NCBI GenBank assembly: GCA_963713475.1
Contig: CAVQLY010000016.1
Location: 2,069-66,068, forward strand
Source: an uncultured Thermoleophilia bacterium
GTDB lineage: Bacteria; Actinomycetota; Thermoleophilia; UBA2241
DNA length: 64,000 nt
Reading direction: 5' to 3'
The notes beneath the pieces were generated by a model. The model did no database searches and had not been told where the DNA came from. It saw only the letters and a list, made by a program, of their open reading frames with translations. A program made the translations under genes and the position numbers. Below, piece after piece: positions 12,489-22,258 of the stretch. Within the stretch, counting starts at the first letter, position 1. Every line of letters begins with the position of its first letter.

Positions 12489-13918
12489 GATCCCTCCTGG
12501 ACGACGTGGAGTGTCTGAGCACTACTCTGGGCTACCCGGAAGGACTGCGCAACCCTGCCGGGCTCGCTGCCGACCCAGGCGGCGCGGCCGTCGAGGTCGA
12601 GCAGCGGCGTCAGCAGGCGCTGCTCGACAGGCACGCGCGCCGCCGCCAGATAGCGGGCGACGGTCGTCTCGCCGCCCAGTCCGAGCGGGTCGAAGCGTTC
12701 GCCGCGGCGCGGGTGGCGGAGCACGACTCGCCGCGGTGCGCCGGCGAGGCCGACGAAGGCCTCGCCGGCGAGCGCGGCGTCGCGGTCGAGGACCGCGCCC
12801 GGAAGCAGGCGCAGCCGCCACGTGCGTCCGCAGAAGACCACTCTGAGACCGGCCTCGCCGGCCGCGACCAGGGCCGCGCCCTCCACGACCGCCGGAGAGC
12901 ACGAGTGGGCCGTGGAGACGGCGCGGATCCGCAGCGCGCCGCGGCCGCGCACCGCCTCGAGGCCGCGGCCGAGGCTCACGCGGCCGGCGTCGTCCGTGCG
13001 CTGCACGAGGCTCAGAAGCGCGTCGACGAGGTGACGCTCCACCAGCGCATCGCCGCCCATCGCCTCGCGGAGGAGGTCGTGCAGGACGAGCGCGCGCAGG
13101 CCGGCCGGCTCGGCGCGGAGCGCGGCGAGGTCGACGGCCGCGAGATCGCCGGGGGCCGGCCTCAGGAGCACTCGCCGGCCCGCCTCGGCGGAGGCGGCGG
13201 CCAGCACCTCCGTCTCGGCCGCCGCCTGCTCCGCCGCCGCCGCAAGCGTCTCGGCGACGCGCGGATTGAGCGCCTCGAGCCGGGGCAGGACCTCGAGGCG
13301 CAGGACGTTCCGCGCGTACAGCGGCGCGGCGTTGGTGAGGTCCTCGCCGTAGTCGATGCCGGCCGCACGGCAGTACTCCCTGATCTCGGCGGCGCCGAGG
13401 CCCAGAAGGGGCCGCGACAGATCCCCGTCGCGCGGCCGCATGCCGGCGAGGCCGCGCGGCGACGCGTACTTGGTCAGGCGGTACAGGATCGTCTCCGCCT
13501 GGTCGTCGCGGTTGTGCGCCGTGACCAGCACGTCGTAGGCGTGCACGGCGGCGAGCTCTCGAGCGAGCCCGTAGCGCTGCGCGCGGGCTCGCGCCTGGAA
13601 GTCCCGGCCGGCCAGCCGCCCGCGCAAGCGCTCGACGTGCAACGGCAGGCCGGCCTCACGGCAGGCGCGCTCGACGATACGCCGGTCGCGGTCGGAGTCG
13701 GCGCCGCGCAGGCCGTAGTCCACGTGCAGCGCGGCGAACCGCAGGCCGAGGTCCAGCCGGCGGTCGGCGGCGCGCACGCACGAGAGCAGCGCCATGGAGT
13801 CGGCGCCGCCGGAGAGCAGCAGCAGCGCCCGCTCGCCGGCACGGAGCGCGCCGGTCGCGGCGACGGCGTCGGCCACGCGGCGCTGGAGCCGGAGACACGC
13901 GGCGGGCAGGCGCGCCAC
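12485..13918 (-). CDS. tilS: tRNA(Ile)-lysidine synthetase
   Basis: It has the PP-loop LLLLSGGADSMALL and TAHNRDDQAETILYRL. I prefer GTG 13916-13918, 8 nt after the upstream gene's stop, over the track start at 13969, which overlaps that gene by 44 nt. Confidence 0.8.
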   Translation of the reverse strand: MARLPAACLRLQRRVADAVAATGALRAGERALLLLSGGADSMALLSCVRAADRRLDLGLRFAALHVDYGLRGADSDRDRRIVERACREAGLPLHVERLRGRLAGRDFQARARAQRYGLARELAAVHAYDVLVTAHNRDDQAETILYRLTKYASPRGLAGMRPRDGDLSRPLLGLGAAEIREYCRAAGIDYGEDLTNAAPLYARNVLRLEVLPRLEALNPRVAETLAAAAEQAAAETEVLAAASAEAGRRVLLRPAPGDLAAVDLAALRAEPAGLRALVLHDLLREAMGGDALVERHLVDALLSLVQRTDDAGRVSLGRGLEAVRGRGALRIRAVSTAHSCSPAVVEGAALVAAGEAGLRVVFCGRTWRLRLLPGAVLDRDAALAGEAFVGLAGAPRRVVLRHPRRGERFDPLGLGGETTVARYLAAARVPVEQRLLTPLLDLDGRAAWVGSEPGRVAQSFRVAQSSAQTLHVVQEGS

Positions 13919-13925
13919 GGCCGCC

Positions 13926-14273
13926 TCAGAACGAGACGACGCGGTCGTTGCGAGCGGTCGCCTCGGCAAGATCGTGGATGGTGGCCACGCGCGCGTGCGC
14001 GACGAGCTGGTCCTCGGTGAGCCCTCGGGTCGCGCAGCAGGTACCGCAGCAGCTCACGTCGACGCCCTTCTCCAGGAGGCCGGCGAGCATCTGCTCGAGT
14101 GACGCGTGCGCCCCGCGCGGATCCTGGCCGGCACGCGCCGCACCGACGGCGTCGCCCATGAGGAACACCTCGACGTGCTCGCCGCGCAGCGTCAGCGCGT
14201 CGGCGAGCCTGAAGGCGTTGTACGGGCCTTCGCTGCCGTAGGCGGAGGTGTTGACGACCAGCAGGACGGACAT
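13926..14273 (-). CDS. DsrE/DsrF-like sulfur-relay family protein
   Basis: 115 aa, MSVLLVVNTSAYGSEGPYNAFRLA...VEVFLMGDAV...VDVSCCGTCCATRGL. The size, fold pattern and conserved Cys region fit the DsrE/TusD family. Confidence 0.55.
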   Translation of the reverse strand: MSVLLVVNTSAYGSEGPYNAFRLADALTLRGEHVEVFLMGDAVGAARAGQDPRGAHASLEQMLAGLLEKGVDVSCCGTCCATRGLTEDQLVAHARVATIHDLAEATARNDRVVSF

Positions 14274-14322
14274 GTGGCCTCCTCAGCGGGACGGTCGGAT
14301 GGAAGCTGCGACGAGCATAGCA

Positions 14323-14380
14323 GAGGGCCGGGGCGCCGGAGCGGCCGCCTTGCGGCGGCCCGGCCGGCGCCCCGGCCCTC
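14323..14380 (-). terminator. long compound GC hairpin downstream of the aquaporin gene
   Basis: The outer arms gagggccggggcgccgg (14323-14339) and ccggcgccccggccctc (14364-14380) are perfectly complementary. They enclose an inner hairpin, ggccgcc-ttgc-ggcggcc. The hairpin starts 31 nt after the aqpZ stop on the minus strand. Confidence 0.5.
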
Positions 14381-14410
14381 AGGCCGTGCAGGCAAGCAGA
14401 AGGGCGAGCT

Positions 14411-15151
14411 CTACTCCGTCGCCTCGCCCGGTCCCTCGATCTTGTCACGCTCGCCGGCAGGCACCTCGAGCACGTACCGATAGAGGAGGCCGCCAACGAC
14501 GCCACCGACGATCGGGAAGACGATGAACACCCAGAGCTGGCTGAGCGCCCAGCCGCCGACGAACAGCGCCGGAGCGAGCGAGCGGGCCGGGTTCACCGAG
14601 GTGTTGTCCACCGGGATGGCGATCAAGTGGATGAGCGTCAGGGTGAGGCCGATGGCCAGCGGCGCAAGACCGACGGGCGCACGGCGGTCCGTGACCCCGT
14701 GGATGACGAGCACGAAGACCAGCGTGAGCAGGATCTCGATGACGATCGCCGCCGTGAGGTTGTAGCCGGCCGGCGAGTGGGCGCCGTAGCCATTGGCGGC
14801 GAAGCCGTCGGAAAGGCTGAAGCCGGCCTTGCCGCTGGCGATCACGTACAGCACCGCGCTGGCGCAGATGGCGCCGATCACCTGGGCGACCACGTAGATC
14901 GCGACTTTCGCGCCGGGGAACCGTCCCCCCGCCCAGAGGCCGATGGTGATCGCCGGATTGAAGTGCGCCCCGGAGATGTGGCCGACGGCATAGGCCATGG
15001 TCACGACCGTCAGCCCGAACGCGAGAGCGACGCCGAGCCAGCCGATGCCGCTGTTGCCGACCGAGGCGGCAAGCACGGCCGCACCGGTTCCTCCGAAGAC
15101 CAGCCAGAAGGTGCCGAAGAACTCGGCGACCGCGGCTTTCCCAGTATTCAT
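14411..15151 (-). CDS. aqpZ: aquaporin Z / MIP-family channel
   Basis: Start re-picked to ATG 15149-15151 ([15 protein letters not shown]...). It has two NPA boxes ([14 protein letters not shown] and [13 protein letters not shown]). Confidence 0.88.
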   Translation of the reverse strand: MNTGKAAVAEFFGTFWLVFGGTGAAVLAASVGNSGIGWLGVALAFGLTVVTMAYAVGHISGAHFNPAITIGLWAGGRFPGAKVAIYVVAQVIGAICASAVLYVIASGKAGFSLSDGFAANGYGAHSPAGYNLTAAIVIEILLTLVFVLVIHGVTDRRAPVGLAPLAIGLTLTLIHLIAIPVDNTSVNPARSLAPALFVGGWALSQLWVFIVFPIVGGVVGGLLYRYVLEVPAGERDKIEGPGEATE

Positions 15152-15265
15152 ATGCTCCACCACCACGTCAGGGTTTTCCTACTGTCCGGCCGGTGGTTAC
15201 CCGCCGCGCCGTGATTCTATCCCAGAGGCCGCGCATGGCCGGCGACAACGTGGGAGGAGGCATCA

Positions 15266-15295
15266 AGGCAAAAAGAAAGGCGCCCGAACGGGCGC
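15266..15295 (-). terminator. rho-independent terminator of tRNA-fMet
   Basis: The minus strand reads ggcgcccgttcgggcgcc followed by TTTCTTTTTG, 13 nt downstream of the tRNA 3' end. Confidence 0.8.
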
Positions 15296-15307
15296 CCAGG
15301 AAGGTGA

Positions 15308-15384
<77 letters not shown>

Positions 15385-15476
15385 ACGTTGGACGACAGAT
15401 TGTATACGTAGAGACACTCGAATGTAAAGTTACCCGGCAGGGACTCCCCTCACGCGCGACGTAAAGAGCAGGCGGG

Positions 15477-16598
15477 ATGTTCCGATACACTTCTTCGGAG
15501 ATGGCGAGGCTCAGGACGACAGGCAGGCGGCATGTGACACGCGCGGCGGCACTCGCGGCAGGATCCTTCCTGCCACTGTTGGCGCTGCTGCTCGTCGCCG
15601 GCCTTCTGCCCACCGCGGCGCTCGCTTCTCCATCGGTCGCCGACCTCGAAGCCCAGGCGCGCGACGTGCGCCGCGAGGCCGCGCGCCTCGACGCCCGCGC
15701 CGAGATCCTCACCGAGAAGTACAACGTCGCGCGCGCGGCGCTCGACGTGGTCAACGTCCGCCTGCAGGAGGCTCGTCGCGACCTCGAGCGCACGCGCGTC
15801 CAGCTCGACGCCGCGCAGGCGCTGCGCGGCGACCGGCTCAGCGCCATGTACAAGAGCGACGGCTACAGCGTGCTCGACGTCCTCTTCAACCTGAGCGACA
15901 TCGGCGAAGCCGACACCCAGCTCGGCTACTTCCGCTCCATCGACGAGGCCGACCAGGACACGGTCACCCGGATCTCGGCGATGGAGCAACAGGTCGAGGA
16001 GCTCGAGCAGCAGATCGACAAGGACCGGGCCGACGCGCTGGACCGCGAGATGGGGCTGCGCGAGCAGCAGGCGGCGATCGAGGATCAGCTGGCCGCTCGC
16101 GAGCAGCTCCTGGCGGACCTCGACGCGCGCGTCAAGAAGCTGCTCTCCGAGCAGGCGCGGCTGGACGCCGAGGCATCGGAGCGCCTCGCCAGGGCCGCCG
16201 GCGTCGACCTCGCGACCATCTCCGGGACGCCGGCACAGATCGCCGTCGTCAAGGAGACCATGAAGTACCTGGGCATCCCCTATGTCTGGGCCGGAGCGAC
16301 GCCCTCGGGCGGCTTCGACTGCTCGGGCCTCGTCCTCTACGTCTACGCCAAGTTCGGCGTGCAGTTCCCGCACGGAGCCACCATGCAGGCGCACATGGGA
16401 GACCCCGTGTCGCTGTCGCAGGCCCAGCCGGCCGACCTGGTCTTCTTCGGCTACCCGGCCTTCTACCACCACGTGGGCATCTACATCGGCAACGGCCTGT
16501 TCATCGAGGCGCCGCACACCGGCGACGTCGTCAAGGTGAGCCGGCTGGCGGGACGAGGCTGCGCCCTCATCTGCCGGTACGACCTCGAGCTGCCCTGA
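15477..16598 (+). CDS. secreted NlpC/P60 peptidoglycan endopeptidase with N-terminal coiled coil (RipA/CwlO-like)
   Basis: It has a signal-like segment (AAALAAGSFLPLLALLLVAGLL) and a long heptad, Ala/Glu/Arg-rich region. The C-terminal catalytic domain reads GGFDCSGLVLYVYAKFG...HHVGIYIGNGLFIEAPHTGDVV. The real start may be the internal ATG (MARLRTTG). Confidence 0.85.
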   Translation: MFRYTSSEMARLRTTGRRHVTRAAALAAGSFLPLLALLLVAGLLPTAALASPSVADLEAQARDVRREAARLDARAEILTEKYNVARAALDVVNVRLQEARRDLERTRVQLDAAQALRGDRLSAMYKSDGYSVLDVLFNLSDIGEADTQLGYFRSIDEADQDTVTRISAMEQQVEELEQQIDKDRADALDREMGLREQQAAIEDQLAAREQLLADLDARVKKLLSEQARLDAEASERLARAAGVDLATISGTPAQIAVVKETMKYLGIPYVWAGATPSGGFDCSGLVLYVYAKFGVQFPHGATMQAHMGDPVSLSQAQPADLVFFGYPAFYHHVGIYIGNGLFIEAPHTGDVVKVSRLAGRGCALICRYDLELP

Positions 16599-16652
16599 CC
16601 ACCCGGGCCGGGCGCACTGTCGCCGTCCGGCGCGACGGGGTACACTCCGCAC

Positions 16653-17024
16653 ATGCCTTGGTACGTACTCCTCATCGTCGCGCTCGTCAGCCTGGCGGTC
16701 ATCATCGGAGCCCTCGTCTACGTCGCCCTGAAGGGATGGCGCCTTGCCAAGCACGGCATGGCCGTCTCCCGGCGCATCACGCCGCTTGCCGACGGGCTCA
16801 GCCACAGGGTGGACGAGATCTCGGTCGCGGCGGAGCACCTCTCCGCCGACGGCGAGTCGCTCACGGTGAGCATCTCGCAGCTGCAGCTCTCTTTGGCCAG
16901 GCTGCAGGTCGTCTTCAACACCCTCAACGAGGCCATGGAGCCGTTCTATCTCCTCACGGGGTGGCTGGCCGGCGACAAGGGCTACAACGACTGGCGCCGC
17001 TGGAGCCGCGAGCACCCGCGCTGA
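16653..17024 (+). CDS. hypothetical single-pass membrane protein (DUF948-like topology)
   Basis: 123 aa with an N-terminal TM helix (WYVLLIVALVSLAVIIGALVYV) followed by a helical region. GC3 bias supports coding; the family assignment is tentative. Confidence 0.5.
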   Translation: MPWYVLLIVALVSLAVIIGALVYVALKGWRLAKHGMAVSRRITPLADGLSHRVDEISVAAEHLSADGESLTVSISQLQLSLARLQVVFNTLNEAMEPFYLLTGWLAGDKGYNDWRRWSREHPR

Positions 17025-17043
17025 GCCTCCACGCGTTCTGATA

Positions 17044-17092
17044 CGCGAACGGGCCCGGGACCCTCTCGTCGAGAGTCCCGGGCCCGTTCGCG
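17044..17092. terminator. bidirectional hairpin between convergent genes
   Basis: The arm cgcgaacgggcccggga (17044-17060) pairs with tcccgggcccgttcgcg (17076-17092) as a perfect 17-bp stem. It lies between the + gene ending at 17024 and the - gene ending at 17108. Confidence 0.7.
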
Positions 17093-17107
17093 TGCGCGCC
17101 GCTCAGC

Positions 17108-18853
17108 TCACTGTTCGAGCGGCGGCAACTCCCCCCAGCCACGCAGCGTGTAGTAGTCCTGGAGCATGGAGACCATTTCTTCCTGCGGGAAGGTGAGGGC
17201 TCCCTCGTCCTCCATGGGCTTGTCGGTGACCCACTCGGGCAGCTTCTCCGACTGCCGGCCGATGCCGCGCGCCGCGTTGAAGTCATGCGTCATGGTGATG
17301 ATGCGGTTGGCGATGCGGTGCAGGTCCTCTTCGGTGTAATCGGTGCCGATGACGGCGTTGACGACGGCGGTGATGTACGGCCACTGCACCATGTCGCGGT
17401 AGAAGCGGCAGTAGACGAGCGTATCCATGATGGTCAGGCGGTCTTCCCAGTCCACGTAGACCGGGGCCTTGTCGTTGATCTCACCGTAGGTGGTGACCCC
17501 CATGAGCTCGGGCTTGTACATGGTGGCGCGCAGGTGGCAGGCGCCGCGCGCGGTGGTCGCGAACCCGAGACCCATGCCCTTCATCTTGCGCGGCTCGTAG
17601 CCGGGGGGCGCCATGCCCTTGGCATGCACGGCCACGTCCTCGAGGCCGTACTCCTCGGCGACCGCCGAGAGGCCTTCCGCCCAGAGATCGCCGATGCCTT
17701 CGCGCAGGCACAGCTTCTCGAGGAAGGCGCCGACGCCGACGGGGTCGTTCCAGGTGAGCTTCTCGTCGATGAGGCCGCGCTCGGCGCACTCGATGGCGAG
17801 AGCGCACAGGTTGCCGGCGTCCATGGTGTCGACGCCGAGGCGGTCGCACACGTCGTTCAGCCACATGATCTCGGCGAAATCGTCGATCTCGCAGAGGCCG
17901 CCGAACACGTAGGCGGTCTCGTACTCCGGGCCCTCGACCACGAGACCTTCGTGGCGACCCTTGAAGACCGTGTTGCGCTTGACGCACTTGAACACGCACG
18001 GCGGGCAGGTCTGGTTGACCGTGCCGTGCTCGGCGAGCATGGTCTCGACGGTGATGCGCTCGAAGTTCTCGAGCGTGCCCTTGCGCCAGTAGCGCGTGGG
18101 GAACGCATTGGCGCCGTTCATGATGCGCACCATGTTGAGTGTGCCGCCGCGCTGGTAGGCCGCCACGCCGGCGTCGTCCTTGGTGCGCTCGATGAGGTCG
18201 CGCACGACCGCCTTGTAGTCGTCGGGGCGCGCGACCTCGACCTTCTTCTCGCCGTGCCAGACGATGCCCTTGAGGTTCTTGGAGCCGTAGACCGCTCCGG
18301 GGCCGCCGCGGCCGAGCTGGTGCCAGTAGTTGTTGTTGACGCAGGCGAACTTCACGAGCTTCTCGCCGGCCGGGCCGATGACACAGGCCTGGGCCTTCTT
18401 GTGGTCGGTGCGCTCGAGGATCGCATCCTCAGCCTTGAAGGCGTCCATGCCCCACAGGTCGGAGGCGTCGTGGAACTGCGCGCCCTCCTCGCTGATCTCC
18501 AGGTAGGTCGGCCCGTCGGCCTTACCCTCGACGATGACCACCTTGTAGCCCGTCTTGGCGAACTGGGGCGTGAGGTTGCCGCCCGAGTAGCACTCGCCGT
18601 AGCCGCCGGTGAGCGGCGAGGCGAAGTACAGGGCGTAGCGGTTGCTGCCCAGCATCGTCGTGCCGCCCATGGGGCCGACGACGAAGATGAGCTTGTTGCC
18701 GGGGCTCAGCGGGTCGACCTCAGGCGCTACCTCTTCGATGAGGTAGTGCGTCCCGATGCCCTTCGCCCCGATGAGCTCCTTGATGAGCTCCGGAGGCACG
18801 GTCTCTTCGGACGTGGTGCGTGTGGTGAGGTCGATGCGGAGAAGGTCGCCCAT
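17108..18853 (-). CDS. aldehyde:ferredoxin oxidoreductase family (tungstopterin) enzyme
   Basis: 581 aa, MGDLLRIDLTTRTTSEETVPPELIKELIGAKGIGTHYL...GPMGGT...NNYWHQLGRGG...CPPCVFKCVKR...GACHLRATMYKPE. The length and motifs fit the AOR family. Confidence 0.85.
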   Translation of the reverse strand: MGDLLRIDLTTRTTSEETVPPELIKELIGAKGIGTHYLIEEVAPEVDPLSPGNKLIFVVGPMGGTTMLGSNRYALYFASPLTGGYGECYSGGNLTPQFAKTGYKVVIVEGKADGPTYLEISEEGAQFHDASDLWGMDAFKAEDAILERTDHKKAQACVIGPAGEKLVKFACVNNNYWHQLGRGGPGAVYGSKNLKGIVWHGEKKVEVARPDDYKAVVRDLIERTKDDAGVAAYQRGGTLNMVRIMNGANAFPTRYWRKGTLENFERITVETMLAEHGTVNQTCPPCVFKCVKRNTVFKGRHEGLVVEGPEYETAYVFGGLCEIDDFAEIMWLNDVCDRLGVDTMDAGNLCALAIECAERGLIDEKLTWNDPVGVGAFLEKLCLREGIGDLWAEGLSAVAEEYGLEDVAVHAKGMAPPGYEPRKMKGMGLGFATTARGACHLRATMYKPELMGVTTYGEINDKAPVYVDWEDRLTIMDTLVYCRFYRDMVQWPYITAVVNAVIGTDYTEEDLHRIANRIITMTHDFNAARGIGRQSEKLPEWVTDKPMEDEGALTFPQEEMVSMLQDYYTLRGWGELPPLEQ

Positions 18854-18967
18854 TCATGCTCCTTTGTGCCGTGAAAGCCACACCCCTTGGCCTTCCTTCC
18901 GCTGCGCCGCGGCCACCCCTGGTCGGCGGAGCCTGCCGTGGCGAGGTGCGTGCGCCCCCGAACGGAA

Positions 18968-19003
18968 GGAGCCGCGTTCGGACGTGCGTCCGAACGCGGC
19001 TCC
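18968..19003 (-). terminator. hairpin downstream of ald
   Basis: The arms ggagccgcgttcggacg and cgtccgaacgcggctcc are complementary. On the minus strand the hairpin lies about 57 nt after the ald stop. Confidence 0.55.
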
Positions 19004-19059
19004 ATTCAATCAGCTTGGCTCAGCCGCAGCCAGTGGCCGCAGCGTAGCCGAATGCTGTC

Positions 19060-20181
<1,122 letters not shown>

Positions 20182-20225
20182 GACTCCTCCTCGCTCCATC
20201 CCATGGTTGGGCTCAAAACTCGGAT

Positions 20226-20243
20226 GTGCACACGACTGTGCAC
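20226..20243. promoter_or_regulatory. candidate operator: GTGCAC-N6-GTGCAC dyad in the ald / beta-lactamase-like divergent region
   Basis: Two palindromic GTGCAC hexamers sit at 20226-20231 and 20238-20243, 45-60 nt upstream of the ald start, in the most AT-rich stretch of the window. No factor can be assigned. Confidence 0.3.
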
Positions 20244-20468
20244 GATTTGGCAGTCTACCAACAACGCAGCGCGCAGAAAACCCCAAAACACAAGAAAAGC
20301 GCCCACTACTGAACTACCGATGTGTAGCGACCAGTATCAACAAACGATATCTCAATATCAAGGAGGTCCCGCCCCGCCATCCCCCCGGCGGCGCACATGC
20401 TCTGGCCCATACCAGCCGCGCTCGTATATCGTAGAGCCGGGTCGCTGGAGAGAGGGGGGTGTCGGCAC

Positions 20469-21479
20469 ATGACCGATCCGAGGGGTGTCCACGACGACGT
20501 CGCGACGATCGCCGCGCGGCTGGGGGGCACCGTCGGCGTGGCCGCCCACAACCTGGCGAGCGGCGCCGAGATCCACGTCGCCGCCGACGAGCTCTTCCCC
20601 ATGGCGAGCTGCTTCAAGATCCCGATCATGGTCGAGGTCATGCGACAGGTCGACGCCGGCGCACTGCGACTCGACGACCGCCTCACGCTGACCGAGGCGG
20701 ACAAGAGCCCCGGCAGCACGCTCATCCACTGCCACGAAGGGCTGCGGCCCAGCGTGCGCGACCTCCTCTACCTGATGATCACCCTGAGCGACAACACCGC
20801 CACCGACATGCTGTGGCGGCTCGTGGGGCTCGCGTCCGTGAACGAGACCATGCGGTGTCTCGGCCTGGAGACGATCGACTGCTTCATGCCGAACCGGGAG
20901 TACTTCCTCATCGAATCCGGCGTCGGCGAGGAGTGGGCCGGGCTGAGCGGCCCCGAGATCGTCGAGCGCTGGCGCGGACTCGAGGCGCGCGGGGAGCACG
21001 AGGAGGCGTTCCGTCGCATCCTCGAGGAGAACGCGCGCCTCAGCGGCGCCGGGTTCCTCCACCTCTACGAGCGCCGCTGGGGGCGCGACGAGTCGCTCGG
21101 GTACGACGACTCGTTCGCCGTCGACCAGGCGCTGGACAACATGTGCTCGCCGCGCGACATGGCCGACCTCCTGGCGATGGTCGTCCGGGCCCAGTGCGCG
21201 TCCGCGCCCTCGTGTCGCCTGATGGTCGAGGTGATGGCGCAGCAGGAGTGGCGCGAGAAGATCCCGGCCGGGCTGCCCGAGGGGCTGCGCATCGCCAACA
21301 AGACCGGCGGCGTCAGCGGCACCAGCAACGACGCCGCGATCGTCTACACGCCGGCGGGAGCGCCCATGGTCATGGTCGTGTTCTGGAAGGGTCTGGACCA
21401 TCGAGCCAAGGGGCAGGCAGACGCGGCCATCGCCGAGATCGCCGGCGTGCTCTACGACCACCTCGGGGAGCCGGCGTGA
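20469..21479 (+). CDS. class A beta-lactamase-like serine hydrolase, no signal peptide
   Basis: ATG 20469 follows GAGAGGGGGG. The class A motifs are present: SxxK (MASCFK), SDN (LSDNTATD) and KTG (NKTGGVSG). The N-terminus runs straight into the mature-domain-like sequence. Confidence 0.75.
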   Translation: MTDPRGVHDDVATIAARLGGTVGVAAHNLASGAEIHVAADELFPMASCFKIPIMVEVMRQVDAGALRLDDRLTLTEADKSPGSTLIHCHEGLRPSVRDLLYLMITLSDNTATDMLWRLVGLASVNETMRCLGLETIDCFMPNREYFLIESGVGEEWAGLSGPEIVERWRGLEARGEHEEAFRRILEENARLSGAGFLHLYERRWGRDESLGYDDSFAVDQALDNMCSPRDMADLLAMVVRAQCASAPSCRLMVEVMAQQEWREKIPAGLPEGLRIANKTGGVSGTSNDAAIVYTPAGAPMVMVVFWKGLDHRAKGQADAAIAEIAGVLYDHLGEPA

Positions 21480-22213
21480 AGGTCGCCGGCGCCAGAGTGC
21501 TCGTGATCGGCGGCGTGCGCCGCCTCGGCCGGGCCATCGCGCTCGACCTGGCCGGCCACGGCGCCGCCGTGGCCGTCTCCACGCGCGCGCACTCGCCGGC
21601 GGCCGACGCGCAGCTGGCCGCGCTGACGGCGGCCGGAGCGCCGGCGGCGGCCCTCGTCGAGGGCGACGCCGCCCGGCCGGCCGGCGCGACGGGCCTGGTC
21701 GCCGCCGCCGAGACGGCGCTCGGCGGGCTCGACGCCCTGGTGTACGCGGCCAGCGGCCCGTTCGTGCCCCAGCAGCCGCAGGCGATCTCCGAGGAGGCGT
21801 GGGACGCCTCGATGGACACGATCGCCAAAGGCTTCTTCTTCAGCGCCTGCGCCGCCCGCGACCGGCTCTCCCCGGGCGGCGCGATCGTCGCCATCACCGA
21901 CTATCTCGGGCTGCAGCCCTGGGCGACCTTCGCCGCGCACGGCGCCGCCAAGGCGGCCGAGATCCACCTGGTCAAGGAGCTCGCCCGCGCCTGGGCGCCC
22001 GACGGCCTGCGCGTCTGCGGCGTCGCCCCGGGGCCCGTGGACCTGGACGACGACGAGCACCGCGCCGCGACCCTCCGCGCAGCGGCCAGGGTCGCGACGG
22101 AGCGGCTCGTCGCGCCGGGCGACATCGGCGCGGCCGTCCGCTTCTGTCTGGAGACGGAGGGGCTGACCGGCGCCAACATCGCCGTGGACAACGGCTCGCT
22201 GGTCACGTCGTGA
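21476..22213 (+). CDS. short-chain dehydrogenase/reductase (SDR)
   Basis: GTG 21476 overlaps the upstream stop (GTGA). The protein has the Rossmann motif VLVIGGVRRLGRAIA and the catalytic-region pattern FAAHGAAKAAEIHL. Confidence 0.75.
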   Translation: MKVAGARVLVIGGVRRLGRAIALDLAGHGAAVAVSTRAHSPAADAQLAALTAAGAPAAALVEGDAARPAGATGLVAAAETALGGLDALVYAASGPFVPQQPQAISEEAWDASMDTIAKGFFFSACAARDRLSPGGAIVAITDYLGLQPWATFAAHGAAKAAEIHLVKELARAWAPDGLRVCGVAPGPVDLDDDEHRAATLRAAARVATERLVAPGDIGAAVRFCLETEGLTGANIAVDNGSLVTS

Positions 22214-22258
22214 GCTGAGAGGGGCCGGCCGGCGAAGCGGGGCCGGCGGCGGGGCAGG

